A DNA stretch of 64,000 bases from Auanema rhodensis. Taxonomy: Eukaryota > Animalia > Nematoda. The notes beneath the pieces are model-generated. The model made no database searches and was not told where the DNA came from. It was given only the letters and a program-made list of their open reading frames with translations. The stretch spans positions 1,116,001-1,180,000 of the forward strand of contig OZ059894.1 in assembly GCA_964057225.1 (NCBI GenBank). The letters run 5' to 3'. Positions 53,344 through 64,000 of this stretch are shown here, in pieces. Position numbers and translations under genes: made by a program. The stretch's first letter is position 1, and the number at the start of each line of letters is the position of its first letter.

Positions 53344-56300
53344 CGACGCAGCTTAAAAATCCGCATCGAATGCACTATACTACATTGAGAAACGCTTGAT
53401 ACAAAAATTAGTTATGATCGTTTGAAAAATGATGCATTAGTGTATGTTGAGTTTCCATGTACACTCAACATTGCTTCCAAAAACATTTTGACAAAAATTT
53501 TTTCAAAAAATTTCAAAATAATTTAGCAAAAAGTAGATGTTTTTAGATTTCTTTTTTCAAGGCAAACACGATGGACAATGTTTTTCAACGAAAAAATTAA
53601 TTCTTCAGGGTGAAAATCGAGGATATAAGTGTGAACTTATATCAGTTGATATCTCGGTGCATTTTTAAGCTAGCGCAAATCTGATACCACAGATCGACGC
53701 AGCTTAAAAGTTCGCATCGAATGCACTATACTACATTGAGAAACGCTTAATACAAAAATTAGTTATGATCGTTTGAAAAATGATGCATTAGTGTATGTTG
53801 AGTTTCCATGTACACTCAACATTGCTTCCAAAAACATTTTGACAAAAATTTTTTCAAAAAATTTCAAAATAATTTAGCAAAAAGTAGATGTTTTTAGATT
53901 TCTTTTTTCAAGGCAAACACGATGGACAATGTTTTTCAACGAAAAAATTAATTCTTCAGGGTGAAAATCGAGGATATAAGTGTGAAATTATATCAGTTGA
54001 TATCTCGGTGCATTTTTAAGCTAGCGCAAATCTGATAACAAAGATCGACGCAGCTTAAAAATCCGCATTGAATGCACTATACTACATTGAGAAACGCTCA
54101 ATACAAAAATTAGTTATGATCGTTTGAAAAATGATGCATTAGTGTATGTTGAGTTTCCATGTACACTCAACATTGCTTCCAAAAACATTTTGACAAAAAT
54201 TTTTTCAAAAAATTTCAAAATAATTTAGCAAAAAGTAGATGTTTTTAGATTCCTTTTTTCAAGGCAAAGACGATGGACAATGTTATTCATCGAAAAAATT
54301 AATTCTTCAGGGTGAAAATCGAGGATATAAGTGTGAACTTATATCAGTTGATATCTCGGTGCATTTTTAAGCTAGCGCAAATCTGATACCACAGATCGAC
54401 GCAGCTTAAAAATTCGCATCGAATGCACTATACTACATTGAGAAACGCTTAATACAAAAATTAGTTATGATCGTTTGAAAAATGATGCATTAGTGTATGT
54501 TGAGTTTCCATGTACACTCAACATTGCTTCCAAAAACATTTTGACAAAAATTTTTTGAAAAAATTTCAAAATAATTTAGCAAAAAGTAGATGTTTTTAGA
54601 TTTCTTTTTTCAAGGCAAACACGATGGACAATGTTTTTCAACGAAAAAATTAATTCTTCAGGGTGAAAATCGAGGATATAAGTGTGAAATTATATCAGTT
54701 GATATCTCGGTGCATTTTTAAGCTAGCGCAAATCTGATAACAAAGATCGACGCAGCTTAAAAATCCGCATTGAATGCACTATACTACATTGAGAAACGCT
54801 CAATACAAAAATTAGTTATGATCGTTTGAAAAATGATGCATTAGTGTATGTTGAGTTTCCATGTACACTCAACATTGCTTCCAAAAACATTTTGACAAAA
54901 ATTTTTTCAAAAAATTTCAAAATAATTTAGCAAAAAGTAGATGTTTTTAGATTCCTTTTTTCAAGGCAAAGACGATGGACAATGTTATTCATCGAAAAAA
55001 TTAATTCTTCAGGGTGAAAATCGAGGATATAAGTGTGAACTTATATCAGTTGATATCTCGGTGCATTTTTAAGCTAGCGCAAATCTGATACCACAGATCG
55101 ACGCAGCTTAAAAATCCGCATCGAATGCACTATACTACATTGAGAAACGCTTGATACAAAAATTAGTTATGATCGTTTGAAAAATGATGCATTAGTGTAT
55201 GTTGAGTTTCCATGTACACTCAACATTGCTTCCAAAAACATTTTGACAAAAATTTTTTCAAAAAATTTCAAAATAATTTAGCAAAAAGTAGATGTTTTTA
55301 GATTTCTTTTTTCAAGGCAAACACGATGGACAATGTTTTTCAACGAAAAAATTAATTCTTCAGGGTGAAAATCGAGGATATAAGTGTGAACTTATATCAG
55401 TTGATATCTCGGTGCATTTTTAAGCTAGCGCAAATCTGATACCACAGATCGACGCAGCTTAAAAGTTCGCATCGAATGCACTATACTACATTGAGAAACG
55501 CTTAATACAAAAATTAGTTATGATCGTTTGAAAAATGATGCATTAGTGTATGTTGAGTTTCCATGTACACTCAACATTGCTTCCAAAAACATTTTGACAA
55601 AAATTTTTTCAAAAAATTTCAAAATAATTTAGCAAAAAGTAGATGTTTTTAGATTTCTTTTTTCAAGGCAAACACGATGGACAATGTTTTTCAACGAAAA
55701 AATTAATTCTTCAGGGTGAAAATCGAGGATATAAGTGTGAAATTATATCAGTTGATATCTCGGTGCATTTTTATGCTAGCGCAAATCTGATAACAAAGAT
55801 CGACGCAGCTTAAAAATCCGCATTGAATGCACTATACTACATTGAGAAACGCTCAATACAAAAATTAGTTATGATCGTTTGAAAAATGATGCATTAGTGT
55901 ATGTTGAGTTTCCATGTACACTCAACATTGCTTCCAAAAACATTTTGACAAAAATTTTTTCAAAAAATTTCAAAATAATTTAGCAAAAAGTAGATGTTTT
56001 TATATTCCTTTTTTCAAGGCAAAGACGATGGACAATGTTATTCATCGAAAAAATTAATTCTTCAGGGTGAAAATCGAGGATATAAGTGTGAACTTATATC
56101 AGTTGATATCTCGGTGCATTTTTAAGCTAGCGCAAATCTGATACCACAGATCGACGCAGCTTAAAAATTCGCATCGAATGCACTATACTACATTGAGAAA
56201 CGCTTAATACAAAAATTAGTTATGATCGTTTGAAAAATGATGCATTAGTGTATGTTGAGTTTCCATGTACACTCAACATTGCTTCCAAAAACATTTTGAC

Positions 56301-56853
56301 AAAAATTTTTTGAAAAAATTTCAAAATAATTTAGCAAAAAGTAGATGTTTTTAGATTTCTTTTTTCAAGGCAAACACGATGGACAATGTTTTTCAACGAA
56401 AAAATTAATTCTTCAGGGTGAAAATCGAGGATATAAGTGTGAAATTATATCAGTTGATATCTCGGTGCATTTTTAAGCTAGCGCAAATCTGATAACAAAG
56501 ATCGACGCAGCTTAAAAATCCGCATTGAATGCACTATACTACATTGAGAAACGCTCAATACAAAAATTAGTTATGATCGTTTGAAAAATGATGCATTAGT
56601 GTATGTTGAGTTTCCATGTACACTCAACATTGCTTCCAAAAACATTTTGACAAAAATTTTTTCAAAAAATTTCAAAATAATTTAGCAAAAAGTAGATGTT
56701 TTTAGATTCCTTTTTTCAAGGCAAAGACGATGGACAATGTTATTCATCGAAAAAATTAATTCTTCAGGGTGAAAATCGAGGATATAAGTGTGAACTTATA
56801 TCAGTTGATATCTCGGTGCATTTTTAAGCTAGCGCAAATCTGATACCACAGAT
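53344..56853. repeat. Tandem duplication of a 5-monomer block (1755 bp x 2)
   Basis: The order CTTGAT / AAAAGTTCG / CTCAAT / ATTCG+TTTTGAAAA / CTCAAT repeats at 53344-55098 and 55099-56853. Confidence 0.8.
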
Positions 56854-59310
56854 CGACGCAGCTTAAAAATCCGCATCGAATGCACTATACTACATTGAGA
56901 AACGCTTAATACAAAAATTAGTTATGATCGTTTGAAAAATGATGCATTAGTGTATGTTGAGTTTCCATGTACACTCAACATTGCTTCCAAAAACATTTTG
57001 ACAAAAATTTTTTGAAAAAATTTCAAAATAATTTAGCAAAAAGTAGATGTTTTTAGATTTTTTTTTTCAAGGCAAACACGATGGACAATGTTTTTCAACG
57101 AAAAAATTAATTCTTCAGGGTGAAAATCGAGGATATAAGTGTGAACTTATATCAGTTGATATCTCGGTGCATTTTTAAGCTAGCGCAAATCTGATAACAA
57201 AGATCGACGCAGCTTAAAAATCCGCATTGAATGCACTATACTACATTGAGAAACGCTCAATACAAAAATTAGTTATGATCGTTTGAAAAATGATGCATTA
57301 GTGTATGTTGAGTTTCCATGTACACTCAACATTGCTTCCAAAAACATTTTGACAAAAATTTTTTCAAAAAATTTCAAAATAATTTAGCAAAAAGTAGATG
57401 TTTTTAGATTCCTTTTTTCAAGGCAAAGACGATGGACAATGTTATTCATCGAAAAAATTAATTCTTCAGGGTGAAAATCGAGGATATAAGTGTGAACTTA
57501 TATCAGTTGATATCTCGGTGCATTTTTAAGCTAGCGCAAATCTGATACCACAGATCGACGCAGCTTAAAAATCCGCATCGAATGCACTATACTACATTGA
57601 GAAACGCTTAATACAAAAATTAGTTATGATCGTTTGAAAAATGATGCATTAGTGTATGTTGAGTTTCCATGTACACTCAACATTGCTTCCAAAAACATTT
57701 TGACAAAAATTTTTTCAAAAAATTTCAAAATAATTTAGCAAAAAGTAGATGTTTTTAGATTTCTTTTTTCAAGGCAAACACGATGGACAATGTTTTTCAA
57801 CGAAAAAATTAATTCTTCAGGGTGAAAATCGAGGATATAAGTGTGAACTTATATCAGTTGATATCTCGGTGCATTTTTAAGCTAGCGCAAATCTGATAAC
57901 ACGGATCGACGCAGCTTGAAAATCCGCATCGAATGCACTATACTACATTGAGAAACGCTTTATACAAAAATTAGTTATGATTGTTTGAAAAATGATGCAT
58001 TAGTGTATGTTGAGTTTCCATGTACACTCAACATTGCTTCCAAAAACATTTTGACAAAAATTTTTTCAAAAAATTTCAAAATAATTTAGCAAAAAGTAGA
58101 TGTTTTTAGATTTCTTTTTTCAAGGCAAACACGATGGACAATGTTTTTCAACGAAAAAATTAATTCTTCAGGGTGAAAATCGAGGATATAAGTGTGAACT
58201 TATATCAGTTGATATCTCGGTGCATTTTTAAGCTAGCGCAAATCTGATAACACGGATCGACGCAGCTTGAAAATCCGCATCGAATGCACTATACTACATT
58301 GAGAAACGCTTAATACAAAAATTAGTTATGATCGTTTGAAAAATGATGCATTAGTGTATGTTGAGTTTCCATGTACACTCAACATTGCTTCCAAAAACAT
58401 TTTGACAAAAATTTTTTCGAAAAATTTCAAAATAATTTAGCAAAAAGTAGATGTTTTTAGATTCCTTTTTTCAAGGCAAAGACGATGGACAATGTTTTTC
58501 AACGAAAAAATTAATTCTTCAGGGTGAAAATCGAGGATATAAGTGTGAACTTATATCAGTTGATATCTCGGTGCATTTTTAAGCTAGCGCAAATCTGATA
58601 ACACGGATCGACGCAGCTTGAAAATCCGCATCGAATGCAGTATACTACATTGAGAAACGCTTAATACAAAAATTAGTTATGATCGTTTGAAAAATGATGC
58701 ATTAGTGTATGTTGAGTTTCCATGTACACTCAACATTGCTTCCAAAAACATTTTGACAAAAATTTTTTCGAAAAATTTCAAAATAATTTAGCAAAAAGTA
58801 GATGTTTTTAGATTCCTTTTTTCAAGGCAAAGACGATGGACAATGTTTTTCAACGAAAAAATTAATTCTTCAGGGTGAAAATCGAGGATATAAGTGTGAA
58901 CTTATATCAGTTGATATCTCGGTGCATTTTTAAGCTAGCGCAAATCTGATAACACGGATCGACGCAGCTTGAAAATCCGCATCGAATGCACTATACTACA
59001 TTGAGAAACGCTTAATACAAAAATTAGTTATGATCGTTTGAAAAATGATGCATTAGTGTATGTTGAGTTTCCATGTACACTCAACATTGCTTCCAAAAAC
59101 ATTTTGACAAAAATTTTTTCAAAAAATTTCAAAATAATTTAGCAAAAAGTAGATGTTTTTAGATTCCTTTTTTCAAGGCAAAGACGATGGACAATGTTAT
59201 TCATCGAAAAAATTAATTCTTCAGGGTGAAAATCGAGGATATAAGTGTGAACTTATATCAGTTGATATCTCGGTGCATTTTTAAGCTAGCGCAAATCTGA
59301 TACCACAGAT

Positions 59311-62300
59311 CGACGCAGCTTAAAAATTCGCATCGAATGCACTATACTACATTGAGAAACGCTTAATACAAAAATTAGTTATGATCGTTTGAAAAATGAT
59401 GCATTAGTGTATGTTGAGTTTCCATGTACACTCAACATTGCTTCCAAAAACATTTTGACAAAAATTTTTTGAAAAAATTTCAAAATAATTTAGCAAAAAG
59501 TAGATGTTTTTAGATTTCTTTTTTCAAGGCAAACACGATGGACAATGTTTTTCAACGAAAAAATTAATTCTTCAGGGTGAAAATCGAGGATATAAGTGTG
59601 AAATTATATCAGTTGATATCTCGGTGCATTTTTAAGCTAGCGCAAATCTGATAACAAAGATCGACGCAGCTTAAAAATCCGCATTGAATGCACTATACTA
59701 CATTGAGAAACGCTCAATACAAAAATTAGTTATGATCGTTTGAAAAATGATGCATTAGTGTATGTTGAGTTTCCATGTACACTCAACATTGCTTCCAAAA
59801 ACATTTTGACAAAAATTTTTTCAAAAAATTTCAAAATAATTTAGCAAAAAGTAGATGTTTTTAGATTCCTTTTTTCAAGGCAAAGACGATGGACAATGTT
59901 ATTCATCGAAAAAATTAATTCTTCAGGGTGAAAATCGAGGATATAAGTGTGAACTTATATCAGTTGATATCTCGGTGCATTTTTAAGCTAGCGCAAATCT
60001 GATACCACAGATCGACGCAGCTTAAAAATCCGCATCGAATGCACTATACTACATTGAGAAACGCTTAATACAAAAATTAGTTATGATCGTTTGAAAAATG
60101 ATGCATTAGTGTATGTTGAGTTTCCATGTACACTCAACATTGCTTCCAAAAACATTTTGACAAAAATTTTTTCAAAAAATTTCAAAATAATTTAGCAAAA
60201 AGTAGATGTTTTTAGATTTCTTTTTTCAAGGCAAACACGATGGACAATGTTTTTCAACGAAAAAATTAATTCTTCAGGGTGAAAATCGAGGATATAAGTG
60301 TGAACTTATATCAGTTGATATCTCGGTGCATTTTTAAGCTAGCGCAAATCTGATAACACGGATCGACGCAGCTTGAAAATCCGCATCGAATGCACTATAC
60401 TACATTGAGAAACGCTTAATACAAAAATTAGTTATGATCGTTTGAAAAATGATGCATTAGTGTATGTTGAGTTTCCATGTACACTCAACATTGCTTCCAA
60501 AAACATTTTGACAAAAATTTTTTCGAAAAATTTCAAAATAATTTAGCAAAAAGTAGATGTTTTTAGATTCCTTTTTTCAAGGCAAAGACGATGGACAATG
60601 TTTTTCAACGAAAAAATTAATTCTTCAGGGTGAAAATCGAGGATATAAGTGTGAACTTATATCAGTTGATATCTCGGTGCATTTTTAAGCTAGCGCAAAT
60701 CTGATAACACGGATCGACGCAGCTTGAAAATCCGCATCGAATGCAGTATACTACATTGAGAAACGCTTAATACAAAAATTAGTTATGATCGTTTGAAAAA
60801 TGATGCATTAGTGTATGTTGAGTTTCCATGTACACTCAACATTGCTTCCAAAAACATTTTGACAAAAATTTTTTCAAAAAATTTCAAAATAATTTAGCAA
60901 AAAGTAGATGTTTTTAGATTCCTTTTTTCAAGGCAAAGACGATGGACAATGTTATTCATCGAAAAAATTAATTCTTCAGGGTGAAAATCGAGGATATAAG
61001 TGTGAACTTATATCAGTTGATATCTCGGTGCATTTTTAAGCTAGCGCAAATCTGATACCACAGATCGACGCAGCTTAAAAATTCGCATCGAATGCACTAT
61101 ACTACATTGAGAAACGCTTAATACAAAAATTAGTTATGATCGTTTGAAAAATGATGCATTAGTGTATGTTGAGTTTCCATGTACACTCAACATTGCTTCC
61201 AAAAACATTTTGACAAAAATTTTTTGAAAAAATTTCAAAATAATTTAGCAAAAAGTAGATGTTTTTAGATTTCTTTTTCCAAGGCAAACACGATGGACAA
61301 TGTTTTTCAACGAAAAAATTAATTCTTCAGGGTGAAAATCGAGGATATAAGTGTGAAATTATATCAGTTGATATCTCGGTGCATTTTTAAGCTAGCGCAA
61401 ATCTGATAACAAAGATCGACGCAGCTTAAAAATCCGCATTGAATGCACTATACTACATTGAGAAACGCTCAATACAAAAATTAGTTATGATCGTTTGAAA
61501 AATGATGCATTAGTGTATGTTGAGTTTCCATGTACACTCAACATTGCTTCCAAAAACATTTTGACAAAAATTTTTTCAAAAAATTTCAAAATAATTTAGC
61601 AAAAAGTAGATGTTTTTAGATTCCTTTTTTCAAGGCAAAGACGATGGACAATGTTATTCATCGAAAAAATTAATTCTTCAGGGTGAAAATCGAGGATATA
61701 AGTGTGAACTTATATCAGTTGATATCTCGGTGCATTTTTAAGCTAGCGCAAATCTGATACCACAGATCGACGCAGCTTAAAAATCCGCATCGAATGCACT
61801 ATACTACATTGAGAAACGCTTAATACAAAAATTAGTTATGATCGTTTGAAAAATGATGCATTAGTGTATGTTGAGTTTCCATGTACACTCAACATTGCTT
61901 CCAAAAACATTTTGACAAAAATTTTTTCAAAAAATTTCAAAATAATTTAGCAAAAAGTAGATGTTTTTAGATTTCTTTTTTCAAGGCAAACACGATGGAC
62001 AATGTTTTTCAACGAAAAAATTAATTCTTCAGGGTGAAAATCGAGGATATAAGTGTGAACTTATATCAGTTGATATCTCGGTGCATTTTTAAGCTAGCGC
62101 AAATCTGATAACACGGATCGACGCAGCTTGAAAATCCGCATCGAATGCACTATACTACATTGAGAAACGCTTAATACAAAAATTAGTTATGATCGTTTGA
62201 AAAATGATGCATTAGTGTATGTTGAGTTTCCATGTACACTCAACATTGCTTCCAAAAACATTTTGACAAAAATTTTTTCGAAAAATTTCAAAATAATTTA

Positions 62301-62819
62301 GCAAAAAGTAGATGTTTTTAGATTCCTTTTTTCAAGGCAAAGACGATGGACAATGTTTTTCAACGAAAAAATTAATTCTTCAGGGTGAAAATCGAGGATA
62401 TAAGTGTGAACTTATATCAGTTGATATCTCGGTGCATTTTTAAGCTAGCGCAAATCTGATAACACGGATCGACGCAGCTTGAAAATCCGCATCGAATGCA
62501 GTATACTACATTGAGAAACGCTTAATACAAAAATTAGTTATGATCGTTTGAAAAATGATGCATTAGTGTATGTTGAGTTTCCATGTACACTCAACATTGC
62601 TTCCAAAAACATTTTGACAAAAATTTTTTCGAAAAATTTCAAAATAATTTAGCAAAAAGTAGATGTTTTTAGATTCCTTTTTTCAAGGAAAGACGATGGA
62701 CAATGTTTTTCAACGAAAAAATTAATTCTTCAGGGTGAAAATCGAGGATATAAGTGTGAACTTATATCAGTTGATATCTCGGTGCATTTTATAGCTAGCG
62801 CAAATCTGATAACACGGAT
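59311..62819. repeat. Tandem duplication of another 5-monomer block
   Basis: The rare ATGCAGTATA variant is at 60746 and 62501 (1755 bp apart; also at 58640). TTTTGAAAA monomers start at 59311 and 61066. Confidence 0.8.
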
Positions 62820-64000
62820 CGACGCAGCTTGAAAATCCGCATCGAATGCACTATACTACATTGAGAAACGCTTAATACAAAAATTAGTTATGATCGTTTG
62901 AAAAATGATGCATTAGTGTATGTTGAGTTTCCATGTACACTCAACATTGCTTCCAAAAACATTTTGACAAAAATGTTTTCGGAAAATTTCAAAATAATTT
63001 AGCAAAAAGTAGATGTTTTTAGATTCCTTTTTTCAAGGCAAAGACGATGGACAATGTTTTTCAACGAAAAAATTAATTCTTCAGGGTGAAAATCGAGGAT
63101 ATAAGTGTGAACTTATATCAGTTGATATCTCGGTGCATTTTTAAGCTAGCGCAAATCTGATAACACAGATCGACGCAGCTTAAAAATCCGCATCGAATGC
63201 ACTATATTACATTGAGAAACGCTTAATACAAAAATTAGTTATGATCGTTTGAAAAATGATGCATTAGTGTATGTTGAGTTTCCATGTACACTCAACATTG
63301 CTTCCAAAAACATTTTGACAAAAATTTTTTCAAAAAATTTGAAAATAATTTAGCAAAAAGTAGATGTTTTTAGATTCCTTTTTTGAAAGCAAAAACGATG
63401 GACAATGTTATTCAACCAAAAAATTAATTCTTCAGGGTGAAAATCGAGGATATAAGTGTGAACTTATATCAGTTGATATCTCGGTGCATTTTTAAGCTAG
63501 CGCAAATCTGATAACAAAGATCGACGCAGCTTAAAAATCCGCATTGAATGCACTATACTACATTGAGAAACGCTCAATACAAAAATTAGTTATGATCGTT
63601 TGAAAAATGATGCATTAGTGTATGTTGAGTTTTCATGTACACTCAACATTGCTTCCAAAAACATTTTGACAAAAATTTTTTCAAAAAATTTCAAAATAAT
63701 TTAGCAAAAAGTAGATGTTTTTAGATTCCTTTTTTCAAGGCAAAAACGATGGACAATGTTATTCAACGAAAAAATTAATTCTTCAGGGTGAAAATCGAGG
63801 ATATAAGTGTGAACTTATATCAGTTGATATCTCGGTGCATTTTTAAGCTAGCGCAAATCTGATAACACAGATCGACGCAGCTTAAAAATCCGCATCGAAT
63901 GCACTGTACTACATTGAGAAACGCTTAATACAAAAATTAGTTATGATCGTTTGAAAAATGATGCATTAGTGTATGTTGAGTTTCCATGTACACTCAACAT

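Larger units (their letters stand above)
1..64000. repeat. Satellite DNA array: 351-bp monomer, 182 full copies plus 1 partial, head-to-tail, highly homogeneous
   Basis: CGACGCAGCTT recurs at 1, 352, 703, 1054 ... 63522, 63873. 182 x 351 = 63882 versus an observed span of 63872, matching ten 1-bp deletions (monomers starting 3511, 3861, 5264, 5965, 7719, 8420, 9823, 13332, 42815, 62470). Copies differ by only a few substitutions. The array runs off both window ends. Confidence 0.99.

Noticed and set aside
1-64000. CRISPR array or other prokaryotic repeat system
   Set aside because: No unique spacers, the unit is far too long, and there are no cas or other genes.
1-64000. Rolling-circle or concatemer artefact of one 351-nt circle
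   Set aside because: Variants are shared, linked and hierarchically ordered into blocks, as expected for an evolved genomic array.
1-64000. Hidden insertion, inversion or truncated monomer within the array
   Set aside because: Monomer starts stay in register throughout, and the total drift of 10 bp is fully explained by ten 1-bp deletions.

Overview
The whole 64 kb window is one uninterrupted head-to-tail tandem array of a 351-bp, AT-rich monomer (monomer 1 is about 32% GC by hand count), i.e. eukaryotic satellite DNA. It holds 182 complete monomers plus a 128-bp partial one (63873-64000), all in the same orientation. Ten single-base deletions account for all phase drift. I found no genes, RNA genes, transposon insertions, inversions or CRISPR spacers, and I do not recognise the satellite family. 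The interest lies in the fine structure. (i) Each monomer carries several dyad symmetries, including a 67-nt pre-miRNA-sized hairpin whose recurrent internal stem variants are G-U-compatible on the + strand, a 9-bp stem with a GTGA (GNRA) tetraloop, and a 9-bp stem inside an almost invariant 73-bp block. (ii) There is a faint internal two-subunit homology at an offset of about 189 bp. (iii) Shared variants reveal a mosaic of nascent higher-order repeats (2-, 3-, 5-, 7- and 8-mers), long-range block duplications, an apparent ectopic conversion tract and more divergent monomers at both window ends. Variant typing was done by eye and should be confirmed by alignment. Monomer numbers (M1, M2, ...) count from position 1.
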